In this document: piece after piece, positions 40,502 to 55,740 of the stretch
Numbering within the stretch: the stretch's first letter is position 1
How the letters are laid out: the number at the start of each line of letters is the position of its first letter
DNA from: Octopus vulgaris
Taxonomy: Eukaryota
Direction of reading: 5' to 3'
Assembly (NCBI GenBank): GCA_951406725.2
Contig: OX597831.1
Span: 81,902,001-81,966,000 of the forward strand
Length of the DNA stretch: 64,000 nucleotides
Made by a program: the position numbers and the translations under genes
The notes under the pieces: generated by a model
Seen by the model: only the letters and a program-made list of their open reading frames with translations
The model's database searches: none
Told to the model about the DNA's origin: nothing

Positions 40502-40513
40502 CTCTTCAGCCAT
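40502..40513 (-). CDS. RLC: RLC start exon, coding part MAEE (whole exon 40521-40502, 20 nt)
   Basis: ttccag|AATCAACA ATG GCT GAA GAG|gtaagt; squid RLC begins AEEAP. Confidence 0.85.
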
Positions 40514-40817
40514 TGTTGATTCTGGAATATATAATAAAGAAAACAGAGTTTTAAAAATTAAGGTAATTAAATATATAATTTATGAATATTAACATAATTA
40601 ATGTAGTAGAAATTGAAAATCTAATAATACATAATAACATCCTGATTGAAAAGACAATATTACTCAGTCACTAAATATTATTTAATCATTTCAACAAGTA
40701 CGGGAGATAACTTAGGACTAGTTTCGGACTTATTAGTCCTCTTCGGTGAAGCATAAACTTCACAGTAAATGGATACGTAATATTGTATGCGTGTAGGTGT
40801 GAATAAAGGAGTGTGTG

Positions 40818-40870
<53 letters not shown>

Positions 40871-41754
40871 ATGTGTTGATGAAAATGATTGGTGATTAGT
40901 TATTTGAACGATTGTATTTGTGGTGCAATCTTTCTTCTATACTTACTTTGGCCACAATGCCACACTCGCCACAAATCCTGATAGCTGTAAGATCTATGTG
41001 GCCCCGCTCCCTCATTATATCTTTCGAATTTAATAACATTTAGGGGTTGCTATTCTCTCCGACAGCAGTGCCATCGCCCTGGGCCGTTCGTATCTGTATC
41101 TATCACCCTTGATATACAGTCAACTCTAGAAAGAATCCCTCAGGATTCTCAGATGTAATCTGTTGCTTGAAGAAACCTGGGTGGCCCCATAATCGACCCC
41201 CAGTATTTGATTGGTACTTTATTTTTTCGACCTAAGAAGAATTTGAACCCAAAACGTAAAGGGTCGTACATAAGAACCACCGGGAGTTTGTCCAACGCTT
41301 GATCAATGCTGCCAATCTACCTTGGTTGTAGTGATACTGAAGGGGTGGGGAGAGGGGTACCAGTGGTTGTTGTTGTTGTTGTTGTGGTGGTGGTGTTCTG
41401 AAGAACTCCATCTTCCACCAAAGATGGCTTCGAAAGACAGACTTCCATTGTCTTTGGTCATTTCCCGACTCACCAAACTCTCACCAGTTGTGGTTGTTGG
41501 TGTTGTTGTTTAGTATCAGGTCAGACACAAAGATGCTCGAACCATGACACTGCATACTTAGGACTATATTATCCAATGTAACCTTCTTTTTTAGGACAGC
41601 AGGGTGAATTTAGCTGTTATTTCGTTAATATGGCTTTAGGTATATTATGCCTTCATAAAGACGAGATGGTCGAGGCTGGAATGTCTTTGATGAGAAGGTT
41701 GCTTGAGCAAACTAACCTGGGGTTAAATAACAACAAAAAAAAACGGCTGCTGTA

Positions 41755-41806
<52 letters not shown>

Positions 41807-44800
41807 AAGCTGCTACTACTACTACTACTACTACTACTAAAGCTGCTACTACTAAAGCTGCTACTACTAAAGCTGCTACTGATGGTGATTATGGTTGCTT
41901 TTACTAGGTTCACCTACTGTAGTAGTGGTAATAGTATAACAGTAGTGGTGATAGTATATGTCGTAGTAGAAGTACAAATTGTATTGGTAGTATTAGTGAT
42001 AGTGTTGGTGGTGGTGGTGGTTGTATTATTAGTGATAGAGATGGAGTCAGTAGCACTTTTGGTGGTGGTGGGAGCGATGGTGGTGATAACGATGATGATG
42101 GTTAGTAGATGTGGCAGTAATAGTAGTAGTAGTTGTGGTGGTGGTGGTGGTGAAGATAATTGTAGTGGTGATGGTTAGGAGTAATGGTGGCGGTGCTGTT
42201 GTTTGGTGGTGGTGGTGGTGGTGGTGGTTAGATATCGGTGCACCTTTTACGGAGAAAGTGAACAACTGGCGAAGTTTATGGCAAGAACCGTTGGCATGGT
42301 GCCACAGTAATTCTAGAAGACAGAGAACGTGTGTTACTGCTGCCCCTGCTGCTACCGTAAGTCTTGGAGAATTTCTCTCTCTCTCTCTCTCTCTCTCAAC
42401 ATATGCCAAGCACATTACCACTCACCTCCCTCCCATTTCCTTCACTTATTCTCCTGAATAAGTATCAACCCCTACCTACCCTTCTCCACCTCTCACTTAT
42501 TCCACCAAATTCTGGCTGCTGCTATTTCAAGAACAAGTCAAAAGTTTGGGGAATTCTGGGGGGTTTTGGTTTTTGTTGTTTTTGCTGAAGAACAGGATGG
42601 TGCATATCTATCTATCAACACCCACACCCATACACACACACACCGTTTTATTTAAAACATTGCTGTTTGTTTCTGCTAAATACAAGCCATTATTGTTACC
42701 AAACTTCAAAACTTCAAAACTGGCATCGAACGCCGTCGGTTCCAGCTGGTTGGTTGAGGCCATTTGAAGCACTGTCATTAAAGAACACTGGACCTAGGCA
42801 CAAGACATCATGAGTCTCTTGGTCTGCTAGAAATAACAGCCTGATGTCCCTGATATCATATAATCTTTAAAAAGGAAGAACCACTCAATAATCTCGTTAT
42901 AAATACACAGAGTCTGGCCTGCAGATGGGGTGGTCACTGTTGGAACGCCTTTGTTATTAAATCTCGTGGATCAGGATTGATAAATAACTACAAGACCCCT
43001 GATGTATCATTTGTCAGGTAACTGTGTTCCCATTTACGTCAGAGGTCCCCTTTCTTACTCTGTATGGCACCGACTTCCATAGCTGGTCGTTCCAAATCTA
43101 AATCGTACCCGGGAAACATTTGATCTTTATTATCATGACACTCCGGGCAAATGAGGAATCCAAGACCTTCATTATCCCTAAACCAATACCTGCTTAAAGA
43201 CTTGAGCACGCTGGGTACTTTCCCGAAGGGCCGCACGGCTTTAGGGCCCATTGCTAAACTGTACATTCTGTGGTTATATATACATAGGGGTCCCAGAGCA
43301 GTGCTTTGCCCTCTTCACACAGGTCTGTCTTCCAGCCTAGGTGAACAGGGGATTCGAAACCTTTATTACGTTGACACTCGGTTAATATAAGAAGGTGGAT
43401 TATGGCCTGCGTTGTGCTGCATCTGGCCTGGAAATAGCCTCTGCTTCGCTCTAAGTATGTGTGTCGGAAGTGTGAGTGTGGGTGTGGGGGGAATGATTAC
43501 TTTCATCCAACTGGAAGTGTCAGGTTACGTGTGTGTGGGTGTGAGTGGGGTGTAGGTGGAGATAGACACACACACAACTGATTTCATCAGAGAAAAGCTT
43601 CAAGAGAGAGGGTGGCCAAGACGGGTAGAAGAAAACTGGCGAAAGAAAAAGGTGTAGAAACAGAAAGAATGAGAGAGAGAGAGAAGGAGAGGGAGAATGA
43701 GAGAGAGTGTGTGTGTGTGTGTTTGAGAGAGGGTGTTAGACAAGATAAAAGAAATCATTAAGAAAAAGGAAAAAGTCGAAGAGAGAGTGAGAGGGGAGAG
43801 AGAGAAACACAGAGAGAGAGAGAGAGAGAGAGAGAGGAGGAGAGAGAGGAAGTGAGGTTAGGGGTAAGGTGGAAGGGGAGAGAAGAGAAAGAGAGAGAAA
43901 TAGAGGTGCAAGAGGAAGTGAATAAGTGCGGTGGGAGGAGGGTACCGAGAGAGAGAGAGAGAGAGAGAGAGAATGGGGATAGAGTGTGGAGTATGTGTGT
44001 AATAAAGAAAATAGGAAAAAAGAAATAAAGAAATAAAGAAATAAATAAAGAAAGAAAGAAAGAGAGGAAGAGAGGAAGGGAGGGAAAAGGAATAAGAGAA
44101 GAAGGAAAGTAAGAGAGGGGAGTGGGTGGAGTGAGATAATGAAGAGATGATAAAAATATATTTGATTCTGGTTATGACCAAATTTAGCAGGATTCTGAAG
44201 GAATGGAATAGTTCTAGAATCTACCAAAGTGGCGCCGTAAGATAAGGGAATTGGTAAATTAAAGATGGCTTAAGTTAGCTACGATGTCTATGTGTGGCGG
44301 ACTGTTGTGTTAGAAATAGCAGCCAATATCACTTATTATTGGTTTAGAAAAGGAAGGACACGTTTTAGATTTAGTTTTATTTGCTGCATGCGAATTAAAG
44401 ATGGTATGGTCCCACGTTACACCTAATCCCAAACACTCATGATCAAAGGCATTCCAGCCATGTCCATCCTGTCATTTCTTATAGGAAAAGAATCCAGGAC
44501 GATATTATCCCACGTGACCTTATATATTGTAATAAAGTGTAAGCTGAGGGAGATTTGACTGTCATTTCTAGCCGGTCGGTTGACCACATAGAGGATCCCT
44601 CATTGACTCATAATTATCTTATTTGACTTGTTGTTGTCGTTGTTGTTGTAGCTGTTGATTAACCCCAGGTCAGCTCTGATCGAGCAAGATTTCAGTGATC
44701 AAAAGCGTTCCAGTCCCGACATCCACCTCTGCTTTTTTATACATCTACGACTACAATATCCAGTGTATCCATCTTTTGCAAAACGGTAATTTGGCTGCTG

Positions 44801-47118
44801 TTTCTAACAAGATCTAGTGTTCCATATTCAAAGAAGGTAGTGCGAGTTGGCAGGAACGGTAACGTACAGAACTCAGTCCGTCAAACATTTTAAACCTCTT
44901 GAATCTAAGTTCGAATCTTACTGGAATCTCATTTCTTTTATGTATTTTTCTGGCGGACGATGATTCAAATAGTACCAGTAATACGCTGGGATTGACAATA
45001 TAAAAAAAAGATCTCCACTTTAAACCTTACTGCTGTTATTGTTTAACCCTCGGTCCTTCCAGATAAAGCTGATCAAGGATCAAAGTCATCCTAGTAGACG
45101 AGAGTGTGTGTGGGTTTGAGAAAGATTTGGCTATTATTCCTAACTGATCAAGCAACCGGCTAACAGGCTCTCTTAATGGCTCTATCAATGTTTCTAATCA
45201 TGGCTCTTCTTGTTTTATTGTGGGGCAAGATGTCGAACTACATACGTTTGAAATTTTGTGAGGGAGATTTGGCTGCTATGTTTAAGAATTTCACTTCGAT
45301 CTTCGTCGAGAATTTCAAGATATTTAATATGTTGTTGGTATTTTTGTTGTCGTCATTGCCTTTATATAAAAACGTTTGGGTCTTTACAAGTGAGAACGAT
45401 GGGACTCAATGATGTAAAGCAGAGCCCATATTTTTTAATGGCTGAGTATATTATAAGAGTTACTGAGGAATCTAGAGTTTCGTGTAAATACATTCCTCAA
45501 GCACAAAGTACAAAGTAGTTTACAACGAAATTCTAGTTAATTGCGTTTCTAATATAATATTGTAAGCGTGTGCTTGTGTTTGTGACCCCTTCGGTCATGA
45601 ATGACCATGGGATTGCACCTAGAAAGTTACCCTCCCAGGCACAAATCTGGGCAAGGTTGTTTAAGGAAGACCAACGATTCCATTTTGGGGCCAGAGTACA
45701 ACCATCCACTGCAAATTTAATTTTTGATAGTAATGAGCTCATTGTACTCCGGGTTCAGACGCACTACACCCCATCTGAACAAGGTAAAAGAGGGGACAGA
45801 AAGCAGTAGTAAGTCTAGTAAAAAAAAGACAGGGATGATTCCTAAAAGTTCAAGCATAATACATAGAATAAAGTACCAAAAGAGGGAAAACTGGACATGA
45901 AAGAACCATAAGAGAGGTTTTTAAGACACTCAGTTCTAAAATCTAAAATATAGAATGCAGTATCGGAAAATAACACCATTCCATATTAATTTAGAGTGAC
46001 AGTTTCAAACCCTCATATTTCATATACGAATTGGACATATTAAATTCAATACCAAATATAATTATTTTGGATTAATTACGGATAATATATTAGTGTGATT
46101 CCAAATTTTGAAACTGTAGGCTGAACCTAGATCACAGACCATTCTATTAAAACAATATTTTTTTTTATTAACAACCTGTAGGCATACGGTATTTCGTTAT
46201 GCCACCATAATATACTACAGAGTATAATAAACGTTTTTATCAGTCAATACCGTGTACTTCTGTGTTAGCAGTGCGCTTAAAATCTGTAGAAATGACCTTA
46301 ACACATATATTCTTTTAAATCTCTTCTTTTTTTTTTATATTTCTGTAATGAGGAAAAATAAAGCCCTTCTCTGTTTTAAGGATTTCTGATTCTTGGGGTG
46401 AGGAGGAAGGTATCCTTAAACCGAATACCTGGCCTCGTTTGCTTGCAACAGAGTGGACTCTGCTAAAGGTAAACTAGGTGTTATGTTGTGGTATTTAATC
46501 GAGCGACAGATTAATTCTTCTCCCCAAAAGTCTGCAATCAATATTTCTCATTCGATATTTAATCTCGAACATTTTAAGCCGAGCCTGTATCCATTTTGAA
46601 TTTCACGATCAACACATAACACTGATTGACAAACTGGGTCAGATTTAAACAAGTTAAAAGCTCAACAAATGAAACACCTTCTGACACTCTTTAAAACCCT
46701 CAAATTTTCAAAATCTCTTCATCCTAGATATTAAATATGTAACGCACTTTCACAATGTCCTGTCCTTTCACACACATTTAACGTTACGCTTTCAAACTCA
46801 ATCTTGCTTCATTCATAAATTTCAAAAATGAAACTTGTCATCAAATTCTAGAAAACTGGATGGACAAAGTAGGTTTCAAGTTCAATACCAAACAACTCAA
46901 AGACTAAACATCGATGATGAAATATAATTTAGACATTTGGTACCCCAACCCACGCAACTGTTTGCTGTACAACTCAAGGTCAATGATCAAATTGCTATCG
47001 TATATTTCAATAATTAATTCTTGTGTAATTTTTTTCCTAATTATGTACCTGCACGGGTATTTATATTTATACACTCATCATAAAATTTAAATTCACTTTT
47101 ATCTCATTTATAGTGTGC

Positions 47119-47166
<48 letters not shown>

Positions 47167-47327
47167 ATATATATACATACATATTTGATTACACCTGCGT
47201 TAAACTTCATTTATTTATTCATACATATACATATATATATATATATATCAGCCTTCCTTCCGATCATCTTCAATGCAATGCTAGAGAATGACCAAACAAG
47301 GAGAAGAGCTGATAGTGAAGCAGAAAG

Positions 47328-47391
<64 letters not shown>

Positions 47392-47719
47392 TACACACAC
47401 ACATACACACACACACACACACACGCATGCATATCAAAGTGTAGGGCTGCTGGAGAAGAGCACCATTTGGTATAGCTATCGCATTACATAAGGCAGTAAG
47501 GTAGCACCATGTTTACCAAATACCGAATATCTGGTGAGGCTGGATACTTTTACAAGTATTTCATCGCTCCATATTGTAATCGTTGCTGATGTGAGAGAGA
47601 GAGAGAAAGGAGGGAGAGACGTTTACATACACATATACGCATGTATACATATATACACACATATATATGTGTGTGTGTGTATATGTATGTATATGCGTGT
47701 ATATCTGTGTTTATGTGTA

Positions 47720-47755
<36 letters not shown>

Positions 47756-47856
47756 AGCATACATATATACATACATATATATATATACATGCATACATAC
47801 ATGCATACATACATACATACATACATATATATATATACATATATATACATATATAT

Positions 47857-47897
<41 letters not shown>

Positions 47898-49035
47898 CAT
47901 ACATACATAGGTATATTTAAGATATATACGTATACATAAACACATACACATTATATATATATACACACACACATACACAGATATGTGTGTGTGTGCATAT
48001 ATACCTATTTATTTTGTTTTATTTATTATTATCATTTGATTTTATAATAAATTTTGTTTAATTTTAAAATTTTGTTTATTATATTTGCTTATTATATAAA
48101 TTTTGTTAATTATATATTTAAATTATCAAGATTGATATATTTCAATTTTCGATAACAGATTTTTTTCGGCGACAAAACATTTGTTGAAAATTAATTTCGA
48201 CTGCGCAAAATAAAACCCGGTCAGAAAATCACAGGAAAAGATCCTCTCATTGGTCAGTTTCACACTGAGATCTTTCAAAATACAGCTTTAGGCTTATATG
48301 ACAGAGGTAATACCTCTGCTTCCAGAATAATCTCTGGTGTAGTAAAAGTCAGAAAGCAAAGTCTGCTATTGACTGACCTGAAAGTTCCAGATAAGCTCAT
48401 AAGAGAACGTCTTAAATTCCATTTTAGCCAGAACGCCATAAACGTTGGCACCTATATACATACGTATATACAGATGGCGCTGCAGACACGTCTGTGACTG
48501 CACTTAACATATTTGGTAGAACCTAAGGGGGAATCTCTATTTGGTCGTTCGACCTGCTAAAAATAACAACCGAATCTTCTTCTCATCATAGATTACTAGC
48601 TTTAAAATAAGAGCAAATCAAATGATGTAATTTGGGGGAAGGTACACAATATCTAAGAAAGAAAATGTTGTGATCATCATGGCTGGAACGGTTTTGATCA
48701 TAGGTTTGTTCAGTCACGGCTGATCTGGGTCAACAACGACACCAACAATAGGGCCACTCCTTATTTGGTGAAATTCGTTTATAAACTCTGTCATATCTGT
48801 AACTCTCTACATTGGTGTCTCGAGTTGCTTTATTGCCTAAACATAAGGAGCACCTGTTGTAAGAAATAGACGCATCTGATTGAGGATCCGTTATGAAAAT
48901 CAATATTAAGGGTCAATACGATCGATTATATCCTCCCACAGAAGGTGGTGTCCTTGCATTGTCCGATAGTCTGATGACTGAATCAAACAAGAGAAAGAAT
49001 GTATGTCTGTACGTACACACACACACACACACACA

Positions 49036-49115
<80 letters not shown>

Positions 49116-50234
49116 CAATAGCAGTCTACGAATACTGAGCTTAATAAAACTGACAATCTAAGAATACGATGCCCCAGCATGGCCGTCGTAATATAATAAA
49201 AGAATGTAAGATTTGTGTCTTTCTAAAGACCATTTACTGCCTCAGGGAAACGAAACGGTAACAAGTGGGAATCGAAACTAGATCCCAAGCCATTTAGTTT
49301 AGTGGAACTACCGTAAGGGTGACAACAGACCGTATTATTGCAAAAGTGAAGCTAAAATCATTTCTTTCCTGTAGAGCAGTCGGTAAGGAGCCGTACTAGG
49401 TGTTCTATTTATTATATCTTCTTCAATACATCGCCGTTCAAACTTTCAATCCCGATTAAGTCCATTTAAGGTTTCGCCCTTCCCAAGTCCGTAAAATAGG
49501 TTACGTTAGCTATCAGGTAACGAGGACCTTAAAGATTAGTAAGACATGTTAATCAACTTGCTATTTTAATGGGTTCAGTGAAGGTACCATTGTTTAACTG
49601 AATGAGCTGTTTATTTGGTTTATATACCCAGGTGGGGTACGATTTAGTAAGGGTACTTTTATATAAGGTTTCATGTTCGTTGGGGCTTAGTATTGATCCC
49701 AAAGCTCCTAACACCAATCAAAAGCCACCCCAGGGTACTTTTATTTTCTCTTGAACTTCTACATAATGCCCCAACAATCCAATAGAATCGCTACACATTG
49801 TTTAATTAATTCTCGTGCATCAAATAAGGTCTACCAAAGAACTGATTTTTTTGTTTGTTTGTTTTGGATTTTTATGCAGTGACCGACTTAGACTGGAAAC
49901 GGTTGCATTCACCTGCTACTGCACATAGATGTTTGACAAAAGAAATGTTTGGAATAAAGACCCTTACTCTTAATTTCTTTATATCTAACGGGTGTCAATG
50001 ACAGAAACAGGTGATTACCAGACTAAAAAGGTTTAGAGTATTTTGTTAAGGTTCCATCAGACTTGTCAAGGAATTTAACTGAACAGAGATCGATAAAATA
50101 CCAGGGTTGGTTCAATCAACTTATCCCTCCTTTGCCAAGTTTTTCTTTGAAAAGATTTATTGAAATATTCAGTCTTTAATCACATAACTCAGTTCTTAGT
50201 TATTCTATTTTAATGTTTTGCGAGAAAAGGTATG

Positions 50235-50305
50235 GATTTAAGGGTCACAGGATGAAGTTCAAAGGATGAAGGAGGATTTAAGGGTCACAGGATGAAGTTC
50301 AAAGG
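50235..50305. repeat. Local tandem duplication (~31 bp, period 40)
   Basis: ggatttaagggtcacaggatgaagttcaaagg occurs twice. Confidence 0.85.
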
Positions 50306-51651
50306 CGAGAAGTCCCCTAGGGTCCTATTAAGTTAAACTAACCCTACCAGGGTTACCTGTTAACCCTGTCTAAACTTTATGTCACGTGTTGAGAACAATG
50401 AAATACAGAGCTGCTACTGCTGCTGCTACTGTGGTTGCTGCTGTTGTTTAGCCCTCGGTCAGCCGTGGTTAAACAGATCAGAGCAACACTGGTTAAACAA
50501 GCAAAACTGATTGAATAGTTTCCAGTCATCAACACAGCACACGTCTTTATTTTTCAAACTCATTCTCTCCACCCACCCCCAAAAAAAAAAAATTTTAGAA
50601 TGTGATACGAAGGATAATCGACTGTTGTTTCTAGCAGGCCGTGCGACCGTATAGAGGCACGAGGGTGAGAGAAGGGAGGTTCCGAGAGAACTTCTGAATG
50701 TTCTGGCAGGAAACAGAATGGAGTCGATTAATCAACATAAATTAGAATTAGCTTAAATATTAAAGGGTCGCAGTGGGGTGAGTGGGGTGGGGGGCGTGTG
50801 TGCACATATATGTGTTTTGTGTGTGTGTGTGTTTGTACATATATATGAGCATAAAGGCTATATTAGTTGAAACGGTTGACAACTCTCATTCGCAACGTAT
50901 TTTTTTCTGGCAGTAATTTTTTTGAATATTAAATGTTTCCACCCTGAAATACTACCCCTGCCCCCCTACCCCTGCCCCCTACCCCAGCACTACACCTGCT
51001 CTGACATAAATTCCAGGTACAGAAATGACAGGACAACGTGGAGAAGCAGAATATTTACACCTGGGAATATGGTTACAAACGAATCCAAAAGACTAAGTCT
51101 TCGATAACACAGTGTTTAAAACGATGATTATGATGAGGTGAGGGAGGAAGAAGAGGAAGAAGAGGGTTTACATCGCTCTCAGTGCCACATATTTTGAGGG
51201 TGGGGTTCATTGTCTTGGTAAACGAAAGAAGAGGAATTTAAATTCAGAAGATAAAGGCATGTAACTGAACACCATAAGATGTTTAGTCCGGTACTCTAGG
51301 TTTCCTGTCATCCAACACCATGAAATAATTATTATACTATTAATTATTATAATTAATTAATTATATTAATAATCATGTTATTAGTTTCTAACATTAACTA
51401 ATAATTTTATTTACCCTAAATAACAATTTCTAATCTTAAATAACAATTTCTAAAATAATGAAAATTTAGCTGTTAGTTCTAGCAGGTAAAGTTCTACATA
51501 GGGACATCTTCACATGAAGATTCAGCTGCGATAAGTACAAATCTAGAATGCCCAGTGCAGGGCAAGACTTTGAGCTATCTTTCCTGCTTCTCGTTTCAAA
51601 ATGACATACCCGTTGAATGAAGGAATGAATGAATACCTGGGTACAGACTGT

Positions 51652-51714
<63 letters not shown>

Positions 51715-51836
51715 AAGATAAAGAAAACGTATGTGTGTGTTGAAGAGAAACTAAAGTCTGCATGCATGTAAAGAATCTGAATATATTTTTGTTTGCCTTT
51801 GCGACACACATACACATGCATATGCGCGCGCGCGCG

Positions 51837-51934
<98 letters not shown>

Positions 51935-51936
51935 TG

Positions 51937-51979
<43 letters not shown>

Positions 51980-51980
51980 T

Positions 51981-52012
<32 letters not shown>

Positions 52013-52207
52013 TATAAATGTATGATATTTATATTATAGTAAAATTCATTACTTTTCCATATCTCTTTGTCGCTTTATGCATACATACATACATATGTAT
52101 AAATGTATATAGATATGGTGTGTGTGTGTGTTTATCTATATGTGCGCTTTATGTTCGCAAATATATATGTACATACATACACATATACATATATCTATGT
52201 ATGTGCA

Positions 52208-52257
<50 letters not shown>

Positions 52258-52604
52258 CATATATATATATGTGTGTGTGTGTTATATATATTATATATAC
52301 ATATATATTATACATACACACACATACACACATATATAATATATAATATAATGAAATTATTGTATACAGTGCTCAGGTGCACCACGTATATATGTATGTA
52401 TTGAAAATTAAGAGGAAGATATTAAGATTTATTTTAAAAAAGCTAATAGAAACTAAGAAAAAAATTATACTAAAATGAAATAAATGAAGAATAGAAAAAA
52501 AAAACGAGAATAAAAGACTGGGAGAATAGAAGAATGAAAGAATGAAATACTTCTTGATCCGTGTTCGTTAGTGTAAACGTATATATATATATTGTTGTTC
52601 TTAC

Positions 52605-52715
52605 CTTAGGTTGAATGTACAACGAAGAGAAGGAGAATAAAAAGTTCCAAAGTCTGGAATAAAGCTACAGACAACCAGCAAATCTGACGACTAGCAAGTC
52701 AACTCAACTTCTAGA
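52605..52715 (-). other. Probable non-coding first exon of RLC
   Basis: Strong donor CCTAAG|GTAAGA (GT at 52604-52603). The ATG exon at 40521 has an acceptor and so needs an upstream exon. Promoter-like motifs lie immediately 5'. Confidence 0.55.
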
Positions 52716-52737
52716 GAGCTGGGTGTCGGGTAGGAGA

Positions 52738-52825
52738 GTCATTTATTCGACAGACCACGCCCACCGTGACGTCATCGCCCTCACCACCATATCAGGAAAG
52801 GTGGAATGGGCAAAATAACCGTTTC
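52738..52825 (-). promoter_or_regulatory. Candidate RLC core/proximal promoter
   Basis: TATA-like GAATAAAT (minus, 52741-52748), KLF/Sp box CCACGCCC 52755-52762, perfect CRE TGACGTCA 52767-52774, CArG-like CCATATCAGG 52787-52796. Confidence 0.5.
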
Positions 52826-53030
52826 CCCACCTACCACCCACCTACCCATCATCTCACCTTCCTACCTACCTACTTAGCTACCCGACAGAAGTACCTGCCT
52901 ATCTTACTACTCTACTACCCGTATGTTCGTACCTGCAGCCATCCCGTAGCAGAACTGTTCAACACCAACCGGTACTTTGGGTTGGGGAAGAAAGAAGTAA
53001 ATGTGGCTAAAGGGTGGGGGGGCATGATGG

Positions 53031-53064
<34 letters not shown>

Positions 53065-53787
53065 AATGCTGGTGATAGTAACTGGTGGAGATGGTAGCTG
53101 TTGTTGTTGTTGTTGTTCGTGGTGGTGGTGGTGGTGGTTCGTTGCGAATACAATATTGATACATAGATGCTGATGAAAATGGTTGTGGTGGTAGTGGTTG
53201 TGGTGGGGAGGCAGAGCTGCTTGTGGTGGTGGTGGTTAAAGTAATATTGGTGGTAGTGAGAGTAGTAGTGATCGTAGTGATCGTTGCACTAGAGGCGGTG
53301 ATGGTCATAGTTGGATGTGTGTGTGTGTGTGTGTATGTAAGGAAAGCTTGGTATCAGTTTTCACGTCTACCTTACTTTATTTTCTTCATTCTAAACATGT
53401 GTTTGGGATGAGAAAGATCTATGAGGTTTCGATTTCACTCACATACTTATGGATAGATGTGTGTGTAGCACACACATGCTGCACGCACACACACACACAT
53501 ACACACCACATATGCATACATACAAAAATTTATTATATAATATATATTTGTGTGTGTGTATATATATATATATATTCATATATGTAATCAGACATAGACT
53601 TAAGTACATATATGCACACACACACACACACATATATGTATGTGTGTGTGTGTGTGTGTGTGTACATATATAATTAATAAGCAACAGCACAGCATATACA
53701 CACATGAATAGGAGTCTATATTTATATATATCTATATACATATGCATATATATCTACCCCGCCCCATATATATATATATATATGGGA

Positions 53788-53830
<43 letters not shown>

Positions 53831-54259
53831 GAGACAGAGAGAGACTCATACACAAACATGTGTGTGCGTATGTGTGTGCGTATGTGTGTGCGTACGTGTG
53901 TGTATCTGCAATTATCACTCAGCCTCAAAGCATCTTTTGTCTTCATCTCCTTATCCTCTCTAATCGTCTCGAGATCATCCTCACACGGCCCCCACCCCAA
54001 CCAGTATCCAACCTCTTCCTTCCTTCCACTGAGAGAAGCCATTTATAAATTATTCCTAGCAGTTTTGCTCAAATGATGGAGAATCTGCCCCGGAGTAAGG
54101 ACGACCCTCGAACCACCGGCGATTCCCGTAGGGAGAAACATAGTTCCTCTATTTTGTGGTATATTAATCTGCCGCAATCTAAATAAACCTAGCAAACCCA
54201 CTCAATCTACAATTATCATATCATAAATTTATATAGTTTTATTACTCCAAACCACCACG

Positions 54260-54462
54260 AGGTATGTATATCACACATCCACCCTCCTACATAGGGTTTC
54301 GTGTTGGACCTTTTGGCTTGAATCAGTTCTTAGCTAAGGAACAACTTCAGTCTTGTGGTCATTCAGTTTCAAGGCGAATTTTGTGGATGGATCGTCAAAA
54401 GCATCCACCAAGCTCTCTATGTCCTCCGTACCATAACAGACAACGCTACAATCGTCATGAGA

Positions 54463-54527
<65 letters not shown>

Positions 54528-55740
54528 CTATCTCCACCTCTCTCTCTCTCTCTCTCTTACTCCCCTCTATCTCCCCCTCTCTCTCTCTTTGACATGTATG
54601 GTCTTGGTTTTAGTCTTGAAGTACACCATGAACAGATCTTGTCTTGTTCCAAACAGACAAAATCTGACGCTAAACTTGTTGCACGGAATCGAGGTGAATG
54701 TCTTCCCGGTTATTGGCGCAATCACACATCCTTCTTCTTCGACTACCATTACATCATCAAACTGCGAAAGCTGGGCTTTCATTCTGTCACCTCATCCATC
54801 ATTCAAGTTTTTAGCAATTTCTAATTTACATATGACCTTTTTCCAGCCATTCAAACTACCTGAGTTTCTGCTACCTGAGACCTGACCGTTGTACAATGGC
54901 GAATGACTTCATGAAGCCAAGAAGTCAAGTATTTCTCGTTTAACCTCGTACATTGTCGAGCTGCTTCTTTTCACACTATTGTACCTTCATCTTGCAATTA
55001 TACCGAAGAAGTCTCTAAATTTAGCTGAGCTTGGTCGAATGTTGCAAGTTCGGAGAGATTTCTATCCAGCTTAGTTGTGTTGTCCCCAACAGTAAAACAA
55101 GGACCGAACCCTTACAAACAAACACGTCTTAATGTTGCTATGCAGGCCCAACATAGTTTTAATCGTGTCATACTAATGTGAACGAGATCACTCTGGCCTG
55201 CAAACTGTCTTGATTTTCTTGTTGTGCTTCCCATGATTCCAGAGCCTTACCAATATCTCATTCCTCAATGACTTAACATTTCTATCTGTCATTCTTTGTT
55301 GCCTTTTAGATGAGTTTGGGATTTCTAATTCTCTTTCATTCAGAGATTATTGGGAAGACTGTCTTCGGTCGAAATATTTGGTGGTCTGTAGATGTCCCCT
55401 CCATCTTATTAAGACATGAGGTGTGTACATCCCTTCTGGCCTAATGCCTACTTGTGATGGGCCTAGAAAATGCCAATATTTCGAATGCAGATGCATTCAG
55501 GTCACCGTTCTTCCTTAGATTCCCACAATGATTTTGGTAATGTTAATGCAATATTCGAAAAATGGAAGAGAGGGAAAATTCCTCATTGGTTTTGTACTTT
55601 CCCATATCCTGTTTCCCAGTAACATCAGACCCCTTTGCTGCTTCTTGTCCATCGCTGGTATTCAAACCCTTCATTAGTTTCATCTTGTCCCTCTGGGATA
55701 CCCTAAAAATGGTCAAAACACGTTTTTTGCACGGCCGCGG
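54260..55740 (-). mobile_element. Heavily decayed RTE(BovB)-like LINE interrupted by (CT)n
   Basis: Fragments EEGCVIAP (cf. KQGCVLAP), LFMVYFKTKTK and SLVDAF..KFALKLNDHKTEVV. Confidence 0.65.

Larger units (their letters stand above)
23742..40513 (-). other. RLC: Myosin regulatory light chain gene, full coding span (isoform A 156 aa, isoform B 174 aa)
   Basis: Spliced product MAEE-[APKRVKLSQRQMQELKE or AASRKK...RATSNIFAMFNQNQIQEFKE]-AFTMIDQDRDGFIGMEDLKDMFSSLGRVPSDEDLKGMLKECPGQLNFTSFLTLFGDKVSGTDPEGTLRNAFCMFDEDNQGFIPEDYLKDLLENMGDNFTKEEIKNVWKDAPLDNKKFDYNAMVDIIKGKSKEDEE*. Highly similar to squid mantle RLC as recalled. EF-hand loop DQDRDGFIGMED. Confidence 0.95.

Noticed and set aside
43039-43390. 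GC-richer ORFs as a nested gene
   Set aside because: No recognisable domain or splice structure; more likely a decayed transposon fragment.
42820-51490. Recurrent gctg(c/t)tatttctagca motif resembling MEF2 sites in RLC intron 1
   Set aside because: It sits inside an old dispersed repeat that also occurs in CCDC125 introns (e.g. ~3758), so it is not evidence of muscle-specific regulation.
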